Part shown: positions 16,379 to 25,970 of the stretch, one piece after another
Position numbering within the stretch: the first letter of the stretch is position 1
How the letters are laid out: each line of letters starts with the position of its first letter
Source: Minisyncoccia bacterium
GTDB taxonomy: Bacteria; Patescibacteriota; Minisyncoccia; Phycocordibacterales; CALRBL01
Assembly (NCBI GenBank): GCA_038230075.1
Contig: JBBRNV010000004.1
Coordinates: forward strand, 6,047 to 70,046
Length of the DNA: 64,000 nucleotides
Reading direction: 5' to 3'
The notes under the pieces: generated by a model
Told to the model about the DNA's origin: nothing
Seen by the model: only the letters and a program-made list of their open reading frames with translations
Databases searched by the model: none
Position numbers and translations under genes: made by a program

Positions 16379-18238
16379 CTACCCAAAAGTAAAGGTGAAT
16401 GCATCAAGTCCTCCTCCTTCAATATCTAATTCGAGTGTGTGTTCTCCGTAGTCACTTCCTTCAATCAAAGTATATAACTTGTTTTCACTGATTGAGACAG
16501 TGTTAACTTTTACTCCATCTTTCAAAACAGTAACAGTGACCACTTTGTTTGAATCTTGAGATTTATCAGAACTTGCGACAAAGTACACATTCTTGGTGTT
16601 GTATTTAAACATCACTTTAGCTGAGCCTGTGTTTTGTGCATACTCCTGAGTAAAATTCCATGTTCCTTCAAGATATAATTTATTTGATACCATCGATGAC
16701 TTATCAGGAAATGTTAATGTTTGAGTTCCTGCCTGCTGAGGAGTTCCGTTTGCGAGAAAAACATTTCGTCCTGAGCCAAAGTATGTTTCTGGACTTCCTA
16801 CCTTGTCAGAGGTGTAACTGATAGCATTTGTTGGAACTGTTGTTCCAGTAGGAACATTTCCTCCACCATTTAATTCTGCGAGAGCTTTCTGAATTTCTTT
16901 CTCAGTTATATCGTATTCTCCTTCTCCGATGTGGTTATAAATAATTTCACCATTTTCATTGATTAAATATTTTCGAGGCCAGTATTGATTTCCGTATGCA
17001 TTCCATGTTTGGTATTCATTATCAAGAACAACTGGATAAGTTATTCCTAATCGTTTTACAGCATCTTCAACATTTTTCTGAACTTTTTCGAAAGCGAATT
17101 CTGGAGTATGGAGTCCAATCACTTCAAGACCCATATCTTTGTATTTTTCATACCATGCTTCTACATAAGGAAGCGTTCGCTGACAATTAATACAACTATA
17201 TGTCCAAATATCGAGAAGAATAACTTTCTTTCCTTTAAATTGAGAAATAGTAATTGGTTGACCACCAGTATTAATGTACCCATTAGGACTAACGAGTTCT
17301 GGTGCCTTTGGCCCATGTGATTGAGTTTTAATAACAGATGTTGCTGGTTTTGTTGGAACGACAGTCGATTGATCATTTGTACTTGAAGCAGTTGTAGATG
17401 ACATTGATTGGTCATTAATCAAAGGATCAGACGTAGTAGCGTCTTGATTAAAAGTAATATCATTTGACGGACCTCCACCCGAATTACTCTTGTCGTTAAA
17501 TGAAAGAAGTGACTGCTCAACTCTTGTAATATCAAAAAGACCAGAACTAAGAAGCTTTGCTTCAATAATTTTATCTACACCAAACATGACAAGGAGTCCG
17601 ATAATAATGAAGAGTGCTCCGAGACCTCGTTTAAACAAACCATTACTATCAGACAATGTTCCAATTCTGTTTACTAACTTTTGTCCAAGAAAGGCAACAA
17701 GAAGAAGCATTCCTGAAAGTCCAACCGCATATGCAATAAGATCAACAAGACCAAGGAGAAATGACTGTGGAAGAACTGTGGCTAAAATAACGAAATAGGT
17801 TGGACTACATGTTGAGAAAACAGGACCAAGTGATGCACCTATAATGACATCTCCCCAAAAACTTTTCTTTTTATATCCTTCTGCCAACATTTTGTTTGAA
17901 CTTCGATTCATCGCAGAGATAAATGGAACCTTTTCCCAAATTGTAGGAAATAATCCAACGAGACCAAAGATAACGATGATTACTCCAGAGACAACTTCCC
18001 ATACAGTCTGAGGAATATTAATAAAGAGAGTACTCACTTTAAGTACAAAGGTGAATAAAATAATTGAGATTCCAAGTGAGGCTGCAATAGTAAATGCCTT
18101 CGAATAATTTCCCTTCTTATCATTAGGATCCGATGAACCTGAAACAGAACTTCCAACGATGACAGGAAGAAGTGGAAGTGTGCACGGCGCAAGTATTGTA
18201 AGGACTCCAGCAACAAACGAAAGAATGAAAAGAATCAT
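16379..18238 (-). CDS. dipZ: DipZ-like CcdA/DsbD-TM plus thioredoxin fusion
   Basis: LAPCTLP and FSTCSP TM cysteines; WTYSCINC, GLHTPEFAFE, NQYWP and SPETYFG motifs. Confidence 0.9.
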   Translation of the reverse strand: MILFILSFVAGVLTILAPCTLPLLPVIVGSSVSGSSDPNDKKGNYSKAFTIAASLGISIILFTFVLKVSTLFINIPQTVWEVVSGVIIVIFGLVGLFPTIWEKVPFISAMNRSSNKMLAEGYKKKSFWGDVIIGASLGPVFSTCSPTYFVILATVLPQSFLLGLVDLIAYAVGLSGMLLLVAFLGQKLVNRIGTLSDSNGLFKRGLGALFIIIGLLVMFGVDKIIEAKLLSSGLFDITRVEQSLLSFNDKSNSGGGPSNDITFNQDATTSDPLINDQSMSSTTASSTNDQSTVVPTKPATSVIKTQSHGPKAPELVSPNGYINTGGQPITISQFKGKKVILLDIWTYSCINCQRTLPYVEAWYEKYKDMGLEVIGLHTPEFAFEKVQKNVEDAVKRLGITYPVVLDNEYQTWNAYGNQYWPRKYLINENGEIIYNHIGEGEYDITEKEIQKALAELNGGGNVPTGTTVPTNAISYTSDKVGSPETYFGSGRNVFLANGTPQQAGTQTLTFPDKSSMVSNKLYLEGTWNFTQEYAQNTGSAKVMFKYNTKNVYFVASSDKSQDSNKVVTVTVLKDGVKVNTVSISENKLYTLIEGSDYGEHTLELDIEGGGLDAFTFTFG

Positions 18239-18292
18239 AAATTATTATTACCTGTTATTAGTATGTAAAGATTGTATCAAGATGTGTACACA

Positions 18293-18312
18293 ATGTAAAG
18301 AATACTTTACAT
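18293..18312. promoter_or_regulatory. Perfect palindrome ATGTAAAG-aata-CTTTACAT, candidate operator
   Basis: 8-bp arms; extra half-site at 18263-18270; related site (15/20) at 18939-18958 overlaps the XRE gene promoter. Confidence 0.6.
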
Positions 18313-18329
18313 GTCTAATATATGGCCTG

Positions 18330-18695
18330 TTATAAGCGTATTTCTGTATATATTCGAATTGAAAGTTTGGTGATAATCATAACGATCAAAGAAACAACCA
18401 ACCAGTTATCTACATTGTGCTCAAACAGTTGAACAATAATTCCAATGATTAATGTTGTAGCTCCGACAATAAAACTATACCTTCCTGCCAAGCTTCGATG
18501 AGCTTCTTCTCGTTCGTCAACAACTTTTTCACGAACAACAAATGCTGCAAAAAAAGCGAAAACAATAAGTGCCACTATTCCAATCATCATTTCAAACATA
18601 TCTGGCATGAAAATATTAAAAGGATTTACCGTCAACACCAAAAGGCAAACCAAAACAGTACTAACGATTATTTCTAATGTAAATTTATTTTTCAT
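18330..18695 (-). CDS. 4-TM membrane protein (DUF2178-like) coupled to the XRE regulator
   Basis: Four hydrophobic segments with central DEREEAHR motif; overlaps the XRE stop codon. Confidence 0.72.
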   Translation of the reverse strand: MKNKFTLEIIVSTVLVCLLVLTVNPFNIFMPDMFEMMIGIVALIVFAFFAAFVVREKVVDEREEAHRSLAGRYSFIVGATTLIIGIIVQLFEHNVDNWLVVSLIVMIITKLSIRIYTEIRL

Positions 18696-18915
18696 ATGAG
18701 ATGCTAAATATTGTTTCGACTGGTTGTTTAAAAAATTGAGCGATTTTTAATGCTAAATGAATTGAGGGGGTGTAATTCCCTTTTTCAATAGCAATAATTG
18801 TTTGACGACTTACCCCAAGTGATGCCGCAAAACTTTCTTGCGTAATACCTAATGCACTTCTTAGAGTATATACCTCATTCTTAATGATTTCTTTTCTTTC
18901 TTTCATAGAATACAT
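18685..18915 (-). CDS. XRE-family HTH transcriptional regulator (likely start at 18906)
   Basis: ITQESFAASLGVSRQTIIAIEKGNYTPSIHLALKIA..F..PVETIF. Confidence 0.93.
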   Translation of the reverse strand: MYSMKERKEIIKNEVYTLRSALGITQESFAASLGVSRQTIIAIEKGNYTPSIHLALKIAQFFKQPVETIFSISYEK

Positions 18916-19066
18916 CTATTATGTTCATTCTAGAGTGAAAGTCAAATAGACTTTACATTTGACTCATTAACAATATCGGGATCATTGATTAGATCAAAAA
19001 TGCCTAAAAATATAACCCTCCACATGTATATAAATACGTGTTATCCTCATATATACATTTATATTT

Positions 19067-20860
19067 ATGCAAACAAAAGACAACCACAACGACGCAGATC
19101 ATTTGTTCAAAAAACGCCATTCATTGGCACACCTTTTGGCAATTGCAGTCCAAGAATTTGATTCAAGTGCCAAATTAGCAATCGGTCCTGTTATCGATAA
19201 TGGTTTCTACTATGATTTTGAATTTAGTGAAGGGAAAAGCCCTTCATCAGATGATTTAAAAACACTTGAGAAGCGAGTGCGACACTTAATTAAACAAAGT
19301 CTTCCTTTTACCTGTGTTGAAATTTCTAACACTGAAGCACTTTCAATGTTTAAAGACCAACCATACAAAGTTGAGTTAATTAACGATCTTGCAAAAGAAG
19401 ATAAAAAACTGACAACTTATAAAACGACCTACGAAGGAAAAGAATTTATCGATTTATGTGCTGGTCCTCACGTAGAAAATACCAAAGAGATTGATCCTGA
19501 TTCTTTTACCATTTCGCACCTTGCTGGTGCGTATTGGAAAGGAGATGAAAAAAATAAAATGCTTACTCGAATTTATGGCTTAGCATTTAATTCAAAAGCA
19601 GATTTAGATGAATATATAGCAAAACAAGAAGAAGCTAAAAAAAGAGATCACCGAAAGCTTGGAAAAGAGCTCGATCTTTTTGTTTTCTCTGATGTAGTTG
19701 GAAAAGGTCTTCCCTTATGGACTGAAAAGGGTGCAACAATTCGAAGAGAACTAGAGCGATTTATAACTGATGAAGAAATTAAGCGAGATTATAAACACGT
19801 ATATACTCCAGACATTGCCAAAATTGATCTTTATAAAAAGTCTGGTCATTATCCGTACTATAAGGAATCAATGTACTCACCTATTGTTATTGATGAAGAA
19901 GAATTTATGCTTCGACCAATGACATGCCCGCACCATTTTGAACTTTATCTTTCAAAACCTCGAAGTTACAAAGAGCTTCCTATGCGAATTGCTGAGATGG
20001 CAAAGTTGTATCGATATGAACAATCAGGAGAACTTTCAGGTCTTGTGCGTGTGCGAAGTTTCTGTTTAGCAGACGCACATATTATCTGTAAAGATTCTGA
20101 ACAAGCTGGTCAGGAAATTGAAAAAGCGCTCGATCTTATTGAATATGTGACAAAAGTGTTCGGTATTCATGTTGGAGTTGATTACAGTTATCGACTTTCT
20201 CTTGGAGATCGAAGTGATGAAAGTAAATATTTCAAAGACGATGCATCGTGGGATACTGCCGAAGAAGAACTTCGAAGTGTCCTCAAAAAACGAAAGGCTC
20301 CATTTACCGAAGCAGCTGGTGAAGCAGCGTTTTATGGTCCAAAAATTGATATTCAAATGAAAGATGTTAATGGAAAAGAAAACACTGCCTTTACTGTTCA
20401 GTATGACTTTGTAATGCCCGGACGATTCGACCTTGTCTACAAAGATTCAGATGGAAAAGACAAACAAGCACTTGTGGTTCATCGATCATCAATTGGAGCT
20501 ATTGAACGAATTATCGCATTCCTTATCGAAAAATATGCAGGTGCCTTTCCTACATGGCTTTCACCGAAACAAGTTGCAGTTCTTCCCATTAATGATGTTC
20601 ATTTTGAATATGCTGCAGAAATTTCAAAGGCTCTCAAAGATGCCGGAATTCGAGTACATCTTGATGAATCAAAAGAAAGTCTTGGTAAAAAAATTCGTGC
20701 TGCAAAATTAGAAAAGATTCCTTACATTCTCGTTATTGGAGATAAAGAAGTTGAAGCAAAAACTGTCACCGTCGAAGGAAGATCTGGAAATCTTGGAGCA
20801 ATGTCAGCAAGTGATTTCACCTCACACATTAAAAAAGAAATAGAAACAAAATCTATATAA
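19067..20860 (+). CDS. thrS: Threonyl-tRNA synthetase (no N-terminal TGS domain)
   Basis: RHSLAHLLA, DLCAGPH, KKRDHRKLG, LRPMTCPHH, YRYEQSGEL.GL.RVR and AFYGPKID motifs. Confidence 0.98.
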   Translation: MQTKDNHNDADHLFKKRHSLAHLLAIAVQEFDSSAKLAIGPVIDNGFYYDFEFSEGKSPSSDDLKTLEKRVRHLIKQSLPFTCVEISNTEALSMFKDQPYKVELINDLAKEDKKLTTYKTTYEGKEFIDLCAGPHVENTKEIDPDSFTISHLAGAYWKGDEKNKMLTRIYGLAFNSKADLDEYIAKQEEAKKRDHRKLGKELDLFVFSDVVGKGLPLWTEKGATIRRELERFITDEEIKRDYKHVYTPDIAKIDLYKKSGHYPYYKESMYSPIVIDEEEFMLRPMTCPHHFELYLSKPRSYKELPMRIAEMAKLYRYEQSGELSGLVRVRSFCLADAHIICKDSEQAGQEIEKALDLIEYVTKVFGIHVGVDYSYRLSLGDRSDESKYFKDDASWDTAEEELRSVLKKRKAPFTEAAGEAAFYGPKIDIQMKDVNGKENTAFTVQYDFVMPGRFDLVYKDSDGKDKQALVVHRSSIGAIERIIAFLIEKYAGAFPTWLSPKQVAVLPINDVHFEYAAEISKALKDAGIRVHLDESKESLGKKIRAAKLEKIPYILVIGDKEVEAKTVTVEGRSGNLGAMSASDFTSHIKKEIETKSI

Positions 20861-20871
20861 TTATCTGAATC

Positions 20872-21447
20872 ATGAATAAAGTTGTCTTTGATATCGAAAC
20901 ACGAAATCTGTTTCAAGACGTGGGAAGAAATGACCCAACACTTCTCGACATCTCAGTAGTTGGTGTATATGAATCGAATACAGATACTTACACCGCTTAT
21001 CTTCAAGAAGAATTCACAGAACTATGGAAAGTAATCGAGCGTGCTGACATGCTCATTGGATTTAACTCGAATCACTTCGACTTACCTCTTCTTAACAAAT
21101 ATTACGCCGGGGACTTGGCAAAAATCAAACACGTTGATCTTCTTGAAAAAATTCGAGAGTCACTCGGAAGAAGAATTGGTCTTGCAAATGTTGCAGAAGC
21201 TACCTTAAATGAAGGAAAGAGTGCAAACGGTCTCGAAGCGGTTGAATGGTGGAAAAAAGGAGAAATTGAAAAAATTAAAAAGTATTGTCTTCAAGATGTG
21301 AAGGTCACAAAGGATGTGTACGACTTTGCCTTAAAAAACGGAGGGTTGAAATATAAAGACGGCCAAGAGGTAAAAATTATCAAACTCAATACATCAGATT
21401 GGGAAGCTCCTGTCGATAGTGGAATGACCTACACACTTCCCTTTTAA
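20872..21447 (+). CDS. RNase H-like (YprB/DEDD-type) nuclease domain protein
   Basis: VFDIET, IGFNSNHFDLP and YCLQDV acidic motifs. Confidence 0.85.
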   Translation: MNKVVFDIETRNLFQDVGRNDPTLLDISVVGVYESNTDTYTAYLQEEFTELWKVIERADMLIGFNSNHFDLPLLNKYYAGDLAKIKHVDLLEKIRESLGRRIGLANVAEATLNEGKSANGLEAVEWWKKGEIEKIKKYCLQDVKVTKDVYDFALKNGGLKYKDGQEVKIIKLNTSDWEAPVDSGMTYTLPF

Positions 21448-21462
21448 TGCTATACTTTTTAC

Positions 21463-22161
21463 ATGAAAAGTAACACACCATTTCTTACCATTATCGCAAT
21501 TTTAGGAATCGCACTCATTGGTAGTGCGTGGTATATCAGTCGAACACACACCCCAGCCCCAGATACCACATTAGCTGACCAAAATAATTCAGGAATACAA
21601 TTTCGACCAATCACAGCTGATGATCACATTTTAGGAGACCCTAAATCAAAAGTAACACTTCTTGAATATTCTGATACAGAATGTCCTTATTGTATTCAAT
21701 TCCACAAAGTGATTGTTCAACTGATGGCTGAGTATGGAAACAACGGTAATCTTGCATGGGTCTATCGACACTCACCTATTCTTCAACGACATCCAAAAGC
21801 ACAAAGAGAAGCAGAGGCCACCGAATGTGCCACAGAACTTGGAGGAAAAGAAATGTTCTGGAAATACTTAAATACAATCATGACAAATACACCAGGAAAT
21901 AATGAATTAGATCCTGCAGTACTGCCACAATATGCTTCACAACTCGGACTCGATGTTACCGCCTTCAATACATGTCTCGACAGTCGAAAATATAAAACAA
22001 AAGTAGAAACAGATTCGCAAGATGCCGTGCGTGCTGGTTTACAAGGAACACCATACAGCTTACTGATTAGTAACAATGGAAAAGATATTGTTCCTCTTAA
22101 TGGTTCAGTTCCCTACGAACAATTGAAGCAATATCTAGATGGTGTCCTTAAGGCTAAGTAG
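21463..22161 (+). CDS. DsbA-family thioredoxin-domain protein
   Basis: N-terminal TM anchor, EYSDTECPYC, AEATECA and GTP cis-Pro motifs. Confidence 0.92.
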   Translation: MKSNTPFLTIIAILGIALIGSAWYISRTHTPAPDTTLADQNNSGIQFRPITADDHILGDPKSKVTLLEYSDTECPYCIQFHKVIVQLMAEYGNNGNLAWVYRHSPILQRHPKAQREAEATECATELGGKEMFWKYLNTIMTNTPGNNELDPAVLPQYASQLGLDVTAFNTCLDSRKYKTKVETDSQDAVRAGLQGTPYSLLISNNGKDIVPLNGSVPYEQLKQYLDGVLKAK

Positions 22162-25100
22162 CCACTTGCACGAATTACAGTCTTTTTTCTGACACATCTT
22201 TGTTAAAAACTCTCCTGAGATAATTTCTTCAGAAACTCGTATAATGTCTTGCTCAAGAAGATCTCTTTCATTGTCGGTTATTTCAAACCGTTCAGTCTTA
22301 TATCTTTTCTGATCATCTGGTTCAATAAATGAGAGCTCACCGAACTTCATTTTAAATTCTTGTTGTTTATCAAGTAGTAGATCATAGAAAACAAGCTGCC
22401 GTTTGTATGCACCGTCGCTATTTTTTGTATTTCCTTCAATTTCGTTTCGAGTCATTGGCTGTTTTGTTTTGTAATCTACCACCACAACATTCTTACTTCC
22501 CACTTCGAGTGGCATTACCAAATCGAGCTTTCCTTTAAGTGGAATATTCAAATTTTGTTTAGGTAGATGAACTGAAACTCCTGATACATTCATTTCAGAA
22601 ATATAGAGTTGCAAAAGTCCATTCTTTTTTGCTTCTTTCCATGCTGATTCATTCGTTTTGAAGAAACCACTGAGTGATTGTTCTCCTCTTACTCGAAGTT
22701 CAGCAATGTCATGTTGAGTCAGGGGTAATTTTTCGAGAGCATCGTAATACATTCGAATCAAGACATCTTCATGTATTTCTTCGTTTTGCTTAATCGAGCG
22801 AAAGAAAAGATCGAGAGTGTTGTGAACTGCTGTTCCGTACATCTGATTTCTATTTTGAAGTGATGGAATTCGGATAAGGTTTTGCCAAAAATAATCAGAG
22901 GGGCATCGTAAGTAATTATTTAATGCAGTAACTGAGAGTCCTTGTTTAATAAACAACTCTCGAATATAGTCGAGATCGAGAATTTTCTTATTTGAAGCTT
23001 TTGGAAGCTTGTTTTCAGGATATTCCACAAGACTGGTTTCAAATGCTTCTGTATTAATTTGACTAAGATGATCTGATGATATTTCATGCAAAAACTGGGA
23101 TGGAAGTAGTAGTCGTCCTTCATTGTTACTTCCTCCATACAAAATCCACACTTCTTTTCGTGCACGAGTAAGTGCAACATAAAGTAGTCGTCTCTCATCA
23201 TCAATCTTTTCGAATTCTGTTTCAATATCTTCAAACAGTGGAATATGAAAAAATGAACGACTCGCTTTATTACTCCATCGTCCTTCAATAACACCTGAAA
23301 TAAAAACATATTCAAATTCCATTCCTTTTGATCTATGTGCAGTTAACAAAGATACTTTTCCTTCTGTCATAGTTCCATTCTTTTTTATCCGAATATTGTG
23401 CCGCTGCATAAAATCAAGATGTGTTACGAAGTCAGAAAGTCGCGCTTCATGATTTCTTGATTGAAACTTTTTTATTTGATCAAAAAATAATGAAATCAAT
23501 TCAATGTCTTCGAGGCCTGATTTTGATTGTGTAATTCTTTTTGGAAGATCGGTTACACTAAGAAATTCTCCAAACCACTCAGTAACATTCATTTCTCGAG
23601 AAAGCGAAGTTAATTTTTCAATCTGTTTATATACATCTGGTAATGTACTTTGTATATGCTCTATAAGTGGGGCTCGTCTTGTTTCAAGTTGAGTGAGCAT
23701 TTTTAAAATATCCATTGTAGGCATGTCGTTTACGCGAGACAAAAGTGCTTTTGAAAGGATTGTATTATCGTACGGATTCACGAGCGCCCTTAGGTACGAA
23801 ATAATATCTTGAATTAAAATGTTCTTAAGAACGTTATCTTCTGATTGAATGGCGTATGGAATATCGAGAGATTCCAAAGCTGCAGCTATATATAATGCTT
23901 CATTGTTTTCTCTGTAAATAACAGCAATCTCTTCAGGCTTTGTTCCACCGTCGAGCTTTTCTCTAATAGTTTTTGCAAGAAAAAATCTTTCGTGTGACTC
24001 ACTAGAAAAACCTGCAACTTTTACTTGCACATCATTACTAGCATGAACAGACTCGGCTTGTAGCTTCGCCCGCAAATGAGCATGAATTGCATCACTCTTT
24101 TCTGGTAGAATATTTCTGTCAATTAAAGATGTTGCAGCGTCTAAAATAGTTTGGGTTGAACGATAGTTATCAGTAAGTGCAATAATTTTTGCATTCGGAT
24201 AAAGTCTCGTAAAATATAAAAAGTTTTCAAGCGACGCGCCTTGAAATCTATAAATTGCCTGTTTTTCATCACCCACAATAAAAAGATTCGGTTCATCATG
24301 AAAGTTGGCCAGAAGTTCTAAGATAGTATTTTGCGCTTTGTTAGCATCTTGGTGCTCATCTGCAAGAATATATTGATATGTCTCTTGAAGGTCAAGAAGT
24401 AGATTGTCATGTTCTTGAAGTGCTTTAATGAAATCAAGAAGCATATCGTCGAAGTCATATAACTTTCGAAAAGACAATCCTTCTTCATAGGCTTTATATG
24501 CAGTGAGCAACTCGCGTTGTTTTTGTATTTCTTTTTCTAGATCCCTATATTCTTTTTTTACTTTTCCTTTATATGCTCCTTTTTCATGAATTAAGTCGGG
24601 TGCAGTGCGAAGCCTCTCTTCTTGTTTTTGAATAATTTTTTCAAGTTCAACTGGAATGACTTTTTCTCTTTTCATTTCAGAAATAGAACTAAGCACCGTT
24701 CGAACATGTTTTAACTGATCTCCAAAAGGACGAAGAAGTGTGTACTGACCATGAACAATCACTTCTTCCATTATCGAAATTTGATCTTCTTCAGTCGCAG
24801 GTTCTGAACTAACAATACGAGGAAAGTATTCTCCATGTCTTTTAATGTTGTCAGTAGCGAAGCTGTGGAAAGTATAGACATTTACCTTATAGGCAGTAGG
24901 GCCGATAATATCGGTTAACTTTTTTCTCATTGAAATTACCCCCGATTCAGTGAATGTAAGAGCCAAGATGTTCTCAGGGGCTGTATCAGTCTTTTTTAAG
25001 ATATTTGCAATACGAAGAGCAAGAATGGTGGTTTTGCCAGTTCCAGGCCCCGCAATGACCATTACAGGCCCTTCAACAGTATCTACTGCCGCTTTCTGCA

Positions 25101-25173
25101 TAGTGTTGAGTTTGTTATAAAGGGTGAGAAAAGTTGATTCTTCTACTGCTCCATTGAGAGGCTTTTGAGACAT
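22135..25173 (-). CDS. UvrD/PcrA-family helicase fused to a PD-(D/E)XK nuclease
   Basis: AGPGTGKT, TFHS, DEHQD, VGDEKQAIYRFQGA, NYRS, AHRSKGMEF, YVALTRA; C-terminal GKLD...VDYKT...QLVFY. Confidence 0.93.
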   Translation of the reverse strand: MSQKPLNGAVEESTFLTLYNKLNTMQKAAVDTVEGPVMVIAGPGTGKTTILALRIANILKKTDTAPENILALTFTESGVISMRKKLTDIIGPTAYKVNVYTFHSFATDNIKRHGEYFPRIVSSEPATEEDQISIMEEVIVHGQYTLLRPFGDQLKHVRTVLSSISEMKREKVIPVELEKIIQKQEERLRTAPDLIHEKGAYKGKVKKEYRDLEKEIQKQRELLTAYKAYEEGLSFRKLYDFDDMLLDFIKALQEHDNLLLDLQETYQYILADEHQDANKAQNTILELLANFHDEPNLFIVGDEKQAIYRFQGASLENFLYFTRLYPNAKIIALTDNYRSTQTILDAATSLIDRNILPEKSDAIHAHLRAKLQAESVHASNDVQVKVAGFSSESHERFFLAKTIREKLDGGTKPEEIAVIYRENNEALYIAAALESLDIPYAIQSEDNVLKNILIQDIISYLRALVNPYDNTILSKALLSRVNDMPTMDILKMLTQLETRRAPLIEHIQSTLPDVYKQIEKLTSLSREMNVTEWFGEFLSVTDLPKRITQSKSGLEDIELISLFFDQIKKFQSRNHEARLSDFVTHLDFMQRHNIRIKKNGTMTEGKVSLLTAHRSKGMEFEYVFISGVIEGRWSNKASRSFFHIPLFEDIETEFEKIDDERRLLYVALTRARKEVWILYGGSNNEGRLLLPSQFLHEISSDHLSQINTEAFETSLVEYPENKLPKASNKKILDLDYIRELFIKQGLSVTALNNYLRCPSDYFWQNLIRIPSLQNRNQMYGTAVHNTLDLFFRSIKQNEEIHEDVLIRMYYDALEKLPLTQHDIAELRVRGEQSLSGFFKTNESAWKEAKKNGLLQLYISEMNVSGVSVHLPKQNLNIPLKGKLDLVMPLEVGSKNVVVVDYKTKQPMTRNEIEGNTKNSDGAYKRQLVFYDLLLDKQQEFKMKFGELSFIEPDDQKRYKTERFEITDNERDLLEQDIIRVSEEIISGEFLTKMCQKKDCNSCKWLLSLKDTI

Positions 25174-25202
25174 GTATCAAGTATACATGGGGGTTCTATT
25201 TG

Positions 25203-25231
25203 TCGACAAACCTAATACTACATGATATGGT
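25203..25231 (+). promoter_or_regulatory. sigma70-type promoter of unit B (TCGACA-17-TATGGT with extended TG)
   Basis: TCGACA at 25203-25208, TATGGT at 25226-25231; shares ATGATATGGT with the unit A promoter. Confidence 0.55.
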
Positions 25232-25267
25232 TTTTGAAACTCCAACCCCCTCACCCAGCAATCCCTT

Positions 25268-25900
25268 ATGTTCATTGCAACACTGAGTACAGCTCAAACA
25301 GTTGTGTTACTCGTTCTTACTGCCGCACCAACTTGTGTGATCTGCACTTGCCTCAAATCGTGGCTAGAGATACGAAAAACAACACCTCGATATCGCTTGA
25401 ACGTGTTTTGGAAAAACGATATAAACTTTCAACAAGGAAAATCGCCCTTTGATTCACTTCTTCACATTGCTGGACGTGTGATCAACAAAGTCAGCGATAA
25501 CTCAACTCGAGACCTTGAATTTATTCTCGCAAAGACTTCTCGACTAGAGCTCTCTGTCGAGGAATGTTTTGGACAAGCGATGTCCTCACTACTTCTCGTG
25601 CGAGTGGCTGAATTCCAAATCAAGGCAGAAGCACATGTTCGAAGTACTGCCGAAAAAAGATTTGACTTTCACGATCTGGCAGTTTCATCTGGAAGAATCG
25701 TACTACTTCTTGAACACTACATTCCACTGTGTCCAGAGTATGTTACATATCTACTATCTCTTGCGCCCGAAGGTGTGAGCGATGCAGACAAGTCGTTTGC
25801 TTCAACAATGGAGCTTTCACTTTTCAGAATCTGCGGCGGTAAACTAATACGTCCAGGTACTAGAAGTGAAGTCTTCCAACACGAATGCAGGAATCGTTAA
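25268..25900 (+). CDS. Orphan protein with N-terminal hydrophobic segment (unit B)
   Basis: 210-aa ORF filling the gap between the helicase and rpoD, bracketed by a promoter and a terminator; no recognised motif. Confidence 0.65.
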   Translation: MFIATLSTAQTVVLLVLTAAPTCVICTCLKSWLEIRKTTPRYRLNVFWKNDINFQQGKSPFDSLLHIAGRVINKVSDNSTRDLEFILAKTSRLELSVEECFGQAMSSLLLVRVAEFQIKAEAHVRSTAEKRFDFHDLAVSSGRIVLLLEHYIPLCPEYVTYLLSLAPEGVSDADKSFASTMELSLFRICGGKLIRPGTRSEVFQHECRNR

Positions 25901-25914
25901 TCAACCAAAAGAAA

Positions 25915-25953
25915 GCGCGCCCGGCAGAATCTGCCCTGGCGCGCGTCCTTTTT
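25915..25953 (+). terminator. GC-rich, probably bidirectional terminator between unit B and rpoD
   Basis: gcgcgcc-cggcag-aat-ctgcc-ct-ggcgcgc with A tract before and T tract after. Confidence 0.75.
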
Positions 25954-25970
25954 ATATAACAAAGATTCGA

